This document shows, piece after piece, positions 1 to 11,500 of a stretch of 64,000 nucleotides of DNA. Source of the stretch: Selaginella moellendorffii (lineage: Eukaryota; Plantae; Lycopodiophyta); the NCBI RefSeq assembly GCF_000143415.4, contig NW_003314348.1, forward strand, positions 1-64,000, given 5' to 3'. Made by a program: the position numbers and the translations under genes. The notes beneath the pieces are model-generated. The model had not been told where the DNA came from, made no database searches, and saw nothing but the letters and a program-made list of their open reading frames with translations. Position 1 is the stretch's first letter, and every line of letters starts with the position of its first letter.

Positions 1-295
1 GTCAGACCCGATCTCGGACCCGATCTCGGACCCGACCTCGGACCCGACCTCGGACTCGGTCTCGGACCCGATTTCGGATCTCGGACTCCGTCTCGAACTC
101 GGTCTCGAACTCGGACTCGAACTCGGTCCCCAAGTCGGTCTCGGATTCGATTCCGGACTCTATCTCGAACTCGGTCCTAGAGTCGGTTTTGGACTCGATC
201 CTCGACTTGGTCCCATCCGATGAACTCTTTGTCATTTCGGTCAAGCTTTTGGGGATCCTTTAGCCTACGACATCTCGGGGAGTCGGTTCCTTACA
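1..295 (-). repeat. Element A 3' LTR (partial, includes hexamer array)
   Basis: Matches ~13470-13761, ends in CTTACA; adjacent 296-308 reads TGGGTGGTGGAGT on minus (PPT). Confidence 0.9.
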
Positions 296-686
296 ACTCC
301 ACCACCCATAGAAGAAGTTCGATGCCCACATCGAACGTCTCATTTTATCCTACGACTTGTTGACCATGTCTCCGGGGGCATCCCCCCACTTAGCGGTGTG
401 CCTAAGTTAGCCTCCCCGGCCAAGAGCCCATGACAACGGAATATAGGTGTCCCTATACTCCTCACCTCACCACGCCCTAGTATGGGGTCGGGACTTGAAC
501 CCAGCCTTGCTTTACTAGGGGGTTGGGACTCGAACCCAACCTCCGTAGAATACGTCTACGGATTCGACATCCCCGCGGGGAGTCGGGCGTAGTGCCCTAC
601 GCCTGGTCGACCTATCCAACCCATGCTAATTAGCTTACCTTTGGCGCGCCTTCGGGGTCCCACATATGCCACTTGCTCAACTTTGC

Positions 687-1151
687 NNNNNNNNNNNNNN
701 NNNNNNNNNNNNNNNNNNNNNNNNNNNNNNNNNNNNNNNNNNNNNNNNNNNNNNNNNNNNNNNNNNNNNNNNNNNNNNNNNNNNNNNNNNNNNNNNNNNN
801 NNNNNNNNNNNNNNNNNNNNNNNNNNNNNNNNNNNNNNNNNNNNNNNNNNNNNNNNNNNNNNNNNNNNNNNNNNNNNNNNNNNNNNNNNNNNNNNNNNNN
901 NNNNNNNNNNNNNNNNNNNNNNNNNNNNNNNNNNNNNNNNNNNNNNNNNNNNNNNNNNNNNNNNNNNNNNNNNNNNNNNNNNNNNNNNNNNNNNNNNNNN
1001 NNNNNNNNNNNNNNNNNNNNNNNNNNNNNNNNNNNNNNNNNNNNNNNNNNNNNNNNNNNNNNNNNNNNNNNNNNNNNNNNNNNNNNNNNNNNNNNNNNNN
1101 NNNNNNNNNNNNNNNNNNNNNNNNNNNNNNNNNNNNNNNNNNNNNNNNNNN
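687..1151. other. Assembly gap (N run)
   Basis: N characters. Confidence 1.
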
Positions 1152-1481
1152 CTGATCCCACTTGGTAGTCTGAGGTTCTTGGTGTTCAGCCACACCTTCT
1201 CCCCAGCTTGGAACTCTACATCTCGACGCTTCTAGTTCGCGTATTTGGTTTGCCTTTGTTGAGCCCGTTCCAAGGAATCCCTCACTAGATTCCAAATGCT
1301 GAGTCTTTCCGCCGTGAATGCCTCCACTGTAGGCAACTCTCCATGATACTTGGCCACGCTGAGTTCCACAGGACCTTCAATAGCTCGCCCATTGATGACT
1401 TCCCATGGACTCACCCCGATACTCGAATGTGGTGAGTTGTTATAACACATTTCCGCAAGTTCCAAATGACTTACCCAATCG
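1152..1481 (-). pseudogene. Element A integrase C-terminal part, downstream of the B insertion
   Basis: DWVSHLELAEMCYNNSPHSSIGVSPWEVING continues ...YLRCYVSGDQT from 8576; premature TAG at 1232. Confidence 0.9.
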
Positions 1482-1486
1482 GTCTG

Positions 1487-2596
1487 TGTAAGCGACTAAA
1501 TTTTCCATTCTACTTTAGTCACTTAACCACACCTCCGACCACTTGGAGGAGTCTCATTCACAACCTCCATAAGTCCAATCCAGGACTTGGGACTTGCTAG
1601 CCCCGAGAATGGCATCCATGCCACTCAACATTTGCACTTGGTCCAAGTGCTCCACGTGTCCGATCCCATGACCGACACTCAAAGGTACCACCGACATAGC
1701 AGCCCGTTACGCTAAGGCCATGCCCCATCACCTTTGCCACACTGGTAGTCCAATACCACTTGCATCACAGTCTTGGCTCCCCAAGACTAGGCAAACCATC
1801 CGTGAGTGGTCATCTCAGATCCACTCCTTAGCATCCTTAGGATGCCCACTGACAAGGGGAATAGCCTTCCCCAATATCCCTCTGTCAGTCCCCACTAAGT
1901 CCCTTTCTGCCCCTGGCCGTGTTTGCCAACACTGCCACTGGACCGAGACCCACAGGCCCGACCACTAAGTCCCACGGTCCTCTGGGACTTCCTCACCACA
2001 CGACTGTGTCCTTGGTCACTACCCCAGAGGACTGCTCCTCTTCCTTTCCACAGTCTGGGCCTTTGGGACGACATTTCGGAACACCGTGGCCTTACGCGAG
2101 CCACCTGGGTACTCTCCCCACCTATCGCCTTTAGGTGCTCTAGCCATGGGCTTAGAGCGAGGTTCCATTGAGCCACGCCTGGTATCCAAGTAGGTAGTGC
2201 CACCCACACTTGGACTGGGAGCATCGGCCAGTCGATCTCCCGGGGGAACTAGAGCCGGCTCTTGAACACTTCACCAAGCTACCCCGCTTGTCGGTCCGTA
2301 TTCACTCTAGTCTTGGACTTCCCAGTGGTCAGTTCATCACCCAACACTGGGTCTGGCCTTCCTGGGCCAAACTGGCCTTTCCTGGCCAAACTGGCTCCAC
2401 TGCAGTCCTCCCCCCTACTATACTTTTGGGGCTCACCAAACCCCCCAGGGTCTGGGAGACGAACGCTTTGGGCTTTCACCCTCTCAGGCTCCGGACTCGG
2501 ACTCGGACTCGGACTCGGACTCGGACTCGGCTTCGGACTCGGACTCGGGCTCGGGCTCGGTCTCGGCCTCGGCCTCGGTCTCGGTCTCGGTCCCGA

Positions 2597-2637
<41 letters not shown>

Positions 2638-3389
2638 ACTTCGGACTCCATCTCGGACTCCATCTCGGACTCCATCTCGGGTCCATNNNNNNNNNNNNNN
2701 NNNNNNNNNNNNNNNNNNNNNNNNNNNNNNNNNNNNNNNNNNNNNNNNNNNNNNNNNNNNNNNNNNNNNNNNNNNNNNNNNNNNNNNNNNNNNNNNNNNN
2801 NNNNNNNNNNNNNNNNNNNNNNNNNNNNNNNNNNNNNNNNNNNNNNNNNNNNNNNNNNNNNNNNNNNNNNNNNNNNNNNNNNNNNNNNNNNNNNNNNNNN
2901 NNNNNNNNNNNNNNNNNNNNNNNNNNNNNNNNNNNNNNNNNNNNNNNNNNNNNNNNNNNNNNNNNNNNNNNNNNNNNNNNNNNNNNNNNNNNNNNNNNNN
3001 NNNNNNNNNNNNNNNNNNNNNNNNNNNNNNNNNNNNNNNNNNNNNNNNNNNNNNNNNNNNNNNNNNNNNNNNNNNNNNNNNNNNNNNNNNNNNNNNNNNN
3101 NNNNNNNNNNNNNNNNNNNNNNNNNNNNNNNNNNNNNNNNNNNNNNNNNNNNNNNNNNNNNNNNNNNNNNNNNNNNNNNNNNNNNNNNNNNNNCTTTTTG
3201 GAGCCTCGCCTTTTGCTCGCTTCGTGCTCGTTCCTCGAGCACTTCGTTGGGAGTTCCACTCCCGCTCTTGACTTTTCAAGTCGGAGCTTTTGGTCCAAAC
3301 GTGTTACGCTCGTTTGGCTCTCGCTTCGGCCACTACCATGTGGCGCCCTTCCGGCTCCACTTTGGGGCCTAGGGATTTTGTGTCTCACA
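1487..3389 (-). repeat. Element B 3' LTR (contains N gap 2687-3193)
   Basis: Copy of 6876-8570 at offset 5389. Confidence 0.92.
2687..3193. other. Assembly gap (N run)
   Basis: N characters. Confidence 1.
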
Positions 3390-5208
3390 ACTCCACCACC
3401 CCTAGACGAAGTTCGATGTCCTCATCGAACGGTAAACCATTTTGTAAAGTAACACTCGTATGTGTTACCATTTCCATCCTTGGCACCTAGCCAATATTTG
3501 TCAATGGTTTGACATTGAAGGCTCACCATGCCTTTTGCATATGCCTCAATGGTTTGACACCAAAGGCTCACCATGCCTTGCCTATCCTCTAAGGAGGGTA
3601 GTCTCCCCAACTTAGAGACTGATTGGACCACAAGGAGTGGTTCTCTCCTTTTATTGGTTTAGTTCTCGCTAAACCTCTTAGAGACCCTTCTCTAAGTCAA
3701 TCCCACTACTCCTTCTCGAGTAGTCTCAATTTCCATCGATATAACCTTTGCACTTTGGAACTTTGAATTTTGACTTCTTGGAGTCAATTTCCTAGGTGTC
3801 TCCGACACCTTGCCTTGCACCTTTTGTGCAACTCCACTTCCCATCCTAGGAAGTTCTCTACTCGAGGGCACCATCATCCTCTCTTCTATTTCGTGCCAAA
3901 GTTCCAGTTATCATACTTTGTGCTAGGGCTGTTCATCGCCCTATCATTTGGCTACCTTACCGCTCCCTCCCTTGGAGCTTCCACTTTTGCCAAATCGGAG
4001 CAATTCGGAATCCCTCCTTGGAAACACACTTCCTTTCCCGCAACTTGTTAGCGTCCAACACATTAGTGTTCCTCGCCTAACTTCGTCACTTGGATTCCTT
4101 CCAAGGGATTCCACGGCCCTATCTTGGCCACTCATCTTTTGCTCCTATCCGTTGATTGTTGCACCAAGTAACATCGAATCTCTACCTCCCTCCTTGAGGT
4201 ATTGTTTCGGTTCCATAGCAAAGACTCTTCTTTGCCAGGTCCGGAGGATGTTCACCCCTAGTACGTCTCTTTAGCATCTTCTGCTATGGGCTCTATCCAC
4301 GGCCCAACTTCGTGACCCTCCCATGGGTCTTTTATAGAGACTACTTTCCTCGGACTCACTATGCCATCGCACGGACATAGTTTATTTCCCTTAGGTGCTC
4401 TTCCCACTTGGTTATCACGACCACGCCACACCACCTTAAATAGTTCAATTTCAACATTTTGAACCAGGAACTTCATTCCTTAGCCAACCAAGGACCTTGT
4501 CCTTTTCTGGCCATAAGATCACCTAGTGATCTCACCTTGGCACCTTAACAGAGTTGCCAAGAGGTACTTGGTTTTCTAGACCTCCAAGTTGTTGACTATA
4601 ACCCCGGGGGCATCCCCCACACTTGGCGGTGCACCCAAGCTAGCCCTTACGGCCAAGGGTTCATAGCAACTGAGATTAGGTGTCCCCATCTCACTCACCA
4701 CGACCTTGGTGCCACTTGCACCAAAGTGTTCAAGTTAGATATGCTGAGCTTTCACACTAAGCAATCTAACCGTGCATCACGACTCCGAGGCATCCCTCGC
4801 TTGGCGGTGTGCCCAAACCAGTCTCCCCACTGAGAGTCCATGACCACCGAAATATGAGTGTCCTCATATTCCAAACCATCACCACGCCCTAGTGATTTGG
4901 GACTCGAACCCAAGCACTAGAGGGTCGGGACTCGAACCCAACCTCCGTATATGCATCTACGGATGGCATCACACAAGATGCCTGGCGTGACTCCCCACGC
5001 CGGTGCACCAACTTATTTTTAAAGCGCGCTACAGATCACAGCTTAGGAACCTAGTTCCTCCACACTGCCAAGTCCTCTCACTTGACATGTCTGTGATCAT
5101 GCATGGACTCCTCCATGCTCGGCCCCATGGCCCACACTTTTTGAAGTTATCACCTTCAACTAGGGTCTTTGTTCCCCCGACGTGCCAATCTCACTTGGCA
5201 ATCCTCCA

Positions 5209-5308
5209 NNNNNNNNNNNNNNNNNNNNNNNNNNNNNNNNNNNNNNNNNNNNNNNNNNNNNNNNNNNNNNNNNNNNNNNNNNNNNNNNNNNNNNNNNNNN
5301 NNNNNNNN
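5209..5308. other. Assembly gap (100 N, size probably unknown)
   Basis: N characters. Confidence 1.
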
Positions 5309-6660
5309 GACTTGTCTCTGGCTCGATCTCGGACCCGATTTCGGATCCGACTTCGGATTCGGTCTCGGACTCGATCTCAGACCCGATCTCGGACCCGATC
5401 TCGGACCCGACCTCGGACCCGACCTCGGACTCGGTCTCGGACCCGATTTCGGATCTCGGACTCCGTCTCGAACTCGGTCTCGAACTCGGACTCGAACTCG
5501 GTCCCCAAGTCGGTCTCGGATTCGATTCCGGACTCTATCTCGAACTCGGTCCTAGAGTCGGTTTTGGACTCGATCCTCGACTTGGTCCCATCCGATGAAC
5601 TCTTTGTCATTTCGGTCAAGCTTTTGGGGATCCTTTAGCCTACGACATCTCGGGGAGTCGGTTCCTTACAACTCCACCACCCATAGAAGAAGTTCGATGC
5701 CCACATCGAACGTCTCATTTTATCCTACGACTTGTTGACCATGTCTCCGGGGGCATCCCCCCACTTAGCGGTGTGCCTAAGTTAGCCTCCCCGGCCAAGA
5801 GCCCATGACAACGGAATATAGGTGTCCCTATACTCCTCACCTCACCACGCCCTAGTATGGGGTCGGGACTTGAACCCAGCCTTGCTTTACTAGGGGGTTG
5901 GGACTCGAACCCAACCTCCGTAGAATACGTCTACGGATTCGACATCCCCGCGGGGAGTCGGGCGTAGTGCCCTACGCCTGGTCGACCTATCCAACCCATG
6001 CTAATTAGCTTACCTTTGGCGCGCCTTCGGGTCCCAACATATGCCACTTGCTCAACTTTGCAAATTGATATTTTTAATTGAATTTTGCATAAGTACATAG
6101 AGTTCTGCCTTGCAGAAATTCCTCCGCTAGATCTCGCGCGTTCGCTAGGTTCTCCTCCGGTTCCTATGTTGCTTCGCAGTGTGGAAATCCTTTCCACTTC
6201 ACATGGAACTCTCTCACCTCGCGTCCTTGTCGCTTGCTCTTGCGCGCATTGAGGATGGCCTCGACTTCATATTCCTCTTCCCCTTGGATAACCTCAGGTA
6301 AAGGTCTCACCTGGTCCTTGCGAAGCGGGTCCTCAAAGTACAGCTTGAGTAAGTTCACGTGGAACACTGGGTGCATCTTCCCCATCTCTCGAGGAAGTCG
6401 GAGTCGGTAAGCCACTTTACTGATTCGTGCCTCAATCTCGTAAGGCCCCGCGAACCTGCTTAAGGAACTCAAGATCAATTCATTTACAGGAATACATGCA
6501 TCTTTACCTTTGGGTCAACTTTCGGCTGATCCCACTTGGTAGTCTGAGGTTCTTGGTGTTCAGCCACACCTTCTCCCCAGCTTGGAACTCTACATCTCGA
6601 CGCTTCTAGTTCGCGTATTTGGTTTGCCTTTGTTGAGCCCGTTCCAAGGAATCCCTCACT
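5309..6660 (-). repeat. Second copy of element A 3' end (LTR end, PPT, 3' UTR, chromodomain, integrase tail)
   Basis: Near-identical to 1-1286 at offset ~5375; LTR ends CTTACA at 5670. Confidence 0.88.
6100..6478 (-). pseudogene. Integrase GPY/F motif and chromodomain of element A
   Basis: FAGPYEI...HPVFHVNLLK...EYEVEAIL...FHVKWKGFPHCEAT*EPEENL (conserved W replaced by TAG). Confidence 0.9.
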
Positions 6661-6860
6661 GTTCCCAAGATCCCAAAGTCGTTCCATTATTGGCACTTTT
6701 CTATCCACCACCTCGTCTACAAGTTCACACATGAACTGTAATGGAGACCCATGTCTTCTCGACTTGCTACTCCCCAAGGATAGACCCACTCCTTGGACCT
6801 TCCGATGCCAACACTAGTGGTGATATACTTGAGCACCAATAAAAGTCGGACTAAGGAACA

Positions 6861-6872
6861 GCTCCGATACCA
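6861..6872 (-). promoter_or_regulatory. Primer-binding site (initiator tRNA-Met) of element B
   Basis: TGGTATCGGAGC on minus, 3 nt from the LTR end. Confidence 0.85.
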
Positions 6873-6875
6873 AAT

Positions 6876-7985
6876 TGTAAGCGACTAAATTTTCCATTCT
6901 ACTTTAGTCACTTAACCACACCTCCGACCACTTGGAGGAGTCTCATTCACAACCTCCATAAGTCCAATCCAGGACTTGGGACTTGCTAGCCCCGAGAATG
7001 GCATCCATGCCACTCAACATTTGCACTTGGTCCAAGTGCTCCACGTGTCCGATCCCATGACCGACACTCAAAGGTACCACCGACATAGCAGCCCGTTACG
7101 CTAAGGCCATGCCCCATCACCTTTGCCACATTGGTAGTCCAATACCACTTGCATCACAGTCTTGGCTCCCCAAGACTAGGCAAACCATCCGTGAGTGGTC
7201 ATCTCAGATCCACTCCTTAGCATCCTTAGGATGCCCACTGACAAGGGGAATAGCCTTCCCCAATATCCCTCTATCAGTCCCCACTAAGTCCCTTTCTGCC
7301 CCTGGCCGTGTTTGCCAACACTGCCACTGGACCGAGACCCACAGGCCCGACCACTAAGTCCCACGGTCCTCTGGGACTTCCTCACCACACGACTGTGTCC
7401 TTGGTCACTACCCCAGAGGACTGCTCCTCTTCCTTTCCACAGTCTGGGCCTTTGGGACGACATTTCGGAACACCGTGGCCTTACGCGAGCCACCTGGGTA
7501 CTCTCCCCACCTATCGCCTTTAGGTGCTCTAGCCATGGGCTTAGAGCGAGGTTCCATTGAGCCACACCTGGTATCCAAGTAGGTAGTGCCACCCACACTT
7601 GGACTGGGAGCATCGGCCAGTCGATCTCCCGGGGGAACTAGAGCCGGCTCTTGAACACTTCACCAAGCTACCCCGCTTGTCGGTCCGTATTCACTCTAGT
7701 CTTGGACTTCCCAGTGGTCAGTTCATCACCCAACACTGGGTCTGGCCTTCCTGGGCCAAACTGGCCTTTCCTGGCCAAACTGGCTCCACTGCAGTCCTCC
7801 CCCCTACTATACTTTTGGGGCTCACCAAACCCCCCAGGGTCTGGGAGACGAACGCTTTGGGCTTTCACCCTCTCAGGCTCCGGACTCGGACTCGGACTCG
7901 GACTCGGACTCGGACTCGGCTTCGGACTCGGACTCGGGCTCGGGCTCGGTCTCGGCCTCGGCCTCGGTCTCGGTCTCGGTCCCGA

Positions 7986-8026
<41 letters not shown>

Positions 8027-8570
8027 ACTTCGGACTCCATCTCGGACTCCATCTCGGACTCCATCTCGGGTCCATCTCGGACTCCACTTCGGACTCCAAC
8101 TCGGGTCCATCTCGGGTCCACCTCGGACTCCATCTCGGACTCCATCTCGGACTCCACTTCGGACTCCATCTCGGACTCCACTTCGGACTCCATCTCGGAC
8201 TCCACTTCGGACTCCATCTCGGGTCCATCTCGGGTCCACCTCGGACTCCACTTCGGACTCCAACTCGGGTCCATCTCGGACTCCACTTCGGACTCCAACT
8301 CGGGTCCATCTCGGGTCCACCTCGGACTCCATCTCGGACACTCCCACGTGTCATGCGTTGGTCCTTTTGGGTCCCTTTTTGGAGCCTCGCCTTTTGCTCG
8401 CTTCGTGCTCGTTCCTCGAGCACTTCGTTGGGAGTTCCACTCCCGCTCTTGACTTTTCAAGTCGGAGCTTTTGGTCCAAACGTGTTACGCTCGTTTGGCT
8501 CTCGCTTCGGCCACTACCATGTGGCGCCCTTCCGGCTCCACTTTGGGGCCTAGGGATTTTGTGTCTCACA
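6876..8570 (-). repeat. Element B 5' LTR (~1.7 kb)
   Basis: TGTAAGCG...GTCTCACA, flanked by PBS and TSD. Confidence 0.93.
7880..8340. repeat. TCGGAC/TCGGTC hexamer and 12-mer (TCGGACTCCATC/CACT) tandem array in LTR B
   Basis: Visible tandem units; related arrays at 1-215, 2490-2686, 5320-5585, 13410-13675 and 21090-21340. Confidence 0.95.
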
Positions 8571-8575
8571 GTCTG

Positions 8576-11500
8576 GTCTCCAGAGACATAGCATCGCAAA
8601 TAATCCTCCAGCTGCCTATTCACCCTTTCCGTTTGTCCGTCTGTCAAGAAGTGTTAGTGCCAACAACTTGACTCAATACCCCATACCTGTCTGTGGGTGA
8701 TAGGCTGTGCTGAATTTCAACTTGGTGCGATACTGTTCCAGGAGAGTCCTCCAGAACCTATTGGTGAAGATCTTATCTCGATCTGAGATGATCTCTTCCG
8801 GTCTTCCCCGCACTCGAACCACTTGTTCGAAGAATAGCTTTGCCACACCTTCCGCATTCACCTCCGTTGTGGTGGGTATGAAGTGTGCCATTTTTGAAAA
8901 TCGGTCCACCACCACGAATATCGCATCAAACCCCTCGCTTGGGGGGAGTCCCATGATGAAGTCCATCGTAAGACATTTCCACGGGCGATCTGGAATTGGG
9001 ATGCTTTGCAACAAGCCCCCACTAGCCTTAGTCACGGCTTTTACCTGCTGACATGTTGGACATGTCTTTACATAGTCTTGGATGTCCTTAGCCATATCTG
9101 GCCAATGGTACTTCCTTTTGAGTAAGCCCATCGTCTTAGGCACTCCACCGTGTCCCGCAAGAGGTCCGTCATGACACTCTTCTAAGGCCACCTTCCTTAG
9201 TTCCCCTTCTGGAACATACACCCTCGTTTGCTTGTAATAAATGAGTTCGTTGTGTTCCGCATAGCCGTTTTCTCTTCCGTAGGCAGCTCACCTCTCTGGT
9301 GAGCTTCCCGCGCCTCTAGATTCCTCAGCAACACTTCCTGTGCTAGACCATCGTTCTCATATGCTGTCCGCACATCGTCCCAGAAGGTTGCTGTTGCGCT
9401 GGATATTGCCAACCTCAAGTTCGCTTTCTGACTTAGCGCATCCGCCATGATGTTGCTCTTCCCAGGCTTGTACAGAATTTCGCAATCAAACTCGGCCAAG
9501 GCATTGGCCCACTGACCTTGTTTCCCTCTTAGGTCGGGCTGTGACAAGAAGTGTTTCGTTGCCACATTGTCCGTGTAAACCTTGAAGTGTCTCCCAAGGT
9601 AGTGTCGCCACTCCTTGAGCGCCTTGACCACCGCAAACAATTCCTTCTCGTGGGCAAGCCACTTCTGTTGAGCCTTGTCCAGCTTCTTCGAGAAGAACGC
9701 TACCGGATGGTTGTCTTGCTTCAAAACTGCGCCCAACGCAAAGTCCGAAGCATCCGTTTCTACCTCAAAGTCCTTACCAAAGTTTGGTAATGCCAATACA
9801 GGAGCCTTCCTCAACTTCCCCTTGAGGTGGACGAATGCCGCCTCGCATTCCGCTGTCCACACCATCTTCCCTTTTCCTGTTTGGTCCGTTAAGGGCAGGG
9901 CTACTCTCGAATAGTGTCTGATAAACTTTCGATAGTAGTTGCATAGCCCCAGGAATGCCCTCAACTCGTGTACATTGGATGGTCGCTCCCATTCCTGGAT
10001 CGCTTGGACCTTCTCCGGGTCCACCTTGAGCCCGTCCTGGCCCACCACATGCCCGAGAAACTTTACCTCTTGTTGAGCAAAGTCACATTTGCTCTCTTTA
10101 GCATACAGCTTGTGTTCCCTTAGTTTCTCAAACACCTTCGCCAAGTGTTCGGCATGCTCCTCTAGCGTCTCGCTATAGATCAGGATGTCATCGATATAGA
10201 CGACCACAAAGTGATCCAGATAGGGTACAAAGATGTGGTTCATTAGCGCCGAAAATGTTGCCGGCGCATTACATAGCCCGAAGGGCATCACCAGAAACTC
10301 AAAGCTCCCATACTTCGTTCGACAGGTTGTCTTCTCGACATCTTCCTCGGCTACCCTGATATGGTAATATCCTGACCTTAGGTCAATCCTTGAGAAGTAT
10401 TTTGCCTTTCCCAACCTATCGAACAAGTCCTCAATCCTTGGCAAAGGGTACTTGTTCTTCTTTGTATACTTGTTGAGCAACCGGTAGTCTATGCACATGC
10501 GCATAGATCCATTTTTCTTTTTCACAAATAACACCGGTGCCCCATACGGCGACTTGCTCAACCTAACATACCCTTTGTCCACCAACTCCTCTAGTTGGCA
10601 CTTGAGCTCCTTGAGTTCTTTTTCATTCAAACGATAAGGGGGACGAACCACTGCCTCAGCACCCTCGACCAGCTCAATCTTATGTTCTATCGGTCGTGCT
10701 AGGGGTAGCCCCGCCGGCAGCTCCTCCGGCATGGTATCCTGGAATTGGTCCAACACCCGCTGAATCACTAAAGGTACTTCTTCCATTCCTGTCTTTTTGT
10801 CACTCTTCACCGAGAGTAAGCACAAAAAGGCCGCCTTAGTTCCTTTAGTGAGTTGTCCTCTCGTGGACACCAGGTTTAAGCAGGAATCTTTGGCCTTGCT
10901 TTGCCCTACCTTTAGATCTTGGGCCTCCACCCTAGATCTTCTTCCTTGGGCATTCGCCAGTACCACAAGGTTTCTACCTTGTCCATGCAAGGCTACCACG
11001 AATCGATTGAACCAGTCCATTCCGAAGATCACGTCAAATCCCGCCATGTCCAACACGGTGAAATCCATGTCCACCTTCCAAGTCCCCACTTCAACTCTCG
11101 CTTGTCGAAGCACCTCATCGGTGCTTTGGCTACCTTGAACAAACTCTATAGTCCTTGGTTCGCCTAGCCGCTGCACCGTTAGTCCGGCTTGCCGGACTAT
11201 GTCTGTAGCCACAAAATTATCCGAAGCACCCGTGTCAATAAGGATTTTAACAAAGCTACCTCCGAGCTTCCCTCGGAGGGCTAGTAGATGTTGCGAACGA
11301 CTCTCTACCAAAGTTGCTCGTGTAATGAGTAACTTTGAGTTAGGGACTGGATCACATACCTCTGTTTGGACTTCACCCGACTTGATGGCCATATTGGCTC
11401 TGGCCTTCTTCGGGTAGGGACATTCCCTCGAGAAGTGTCCCGCTTCACCGCAGTTGTAGCATACGTTGTTTCCCACGCTGCTATATGACTTGACCTTCTT

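Larger units (their letters stand above)
1487..8570 (-). mobile_element. Non-autonomous LTR retrotransposon (element B) nested in A's integrase
   Basis: Near-identical LTRs 1487-3389 and 6876-8570 (TG...CA); GTCTG TSD at 1482-1486 and 8571-8575; PBS 6861-6872; PPT 3390-3402; no gag/pol of its own in the sequenced part. Confidence 0.88.

Noticed and set aside
556-3452. Long ORFs containing X runs
   Set aside because: Artefacts of translating through N gaps.
7880-8340. CRISPR-like array
   Set aside because: No unique spacers, eukaryotic context, simple tandem repeat.
7599-8591. RS/RT-, GL- and ES-repeat ORFs in several frames (SR-protein-like)
   Set aside because: By-product of the stop-free hexamer array inside an LTR; no domain or splice support.
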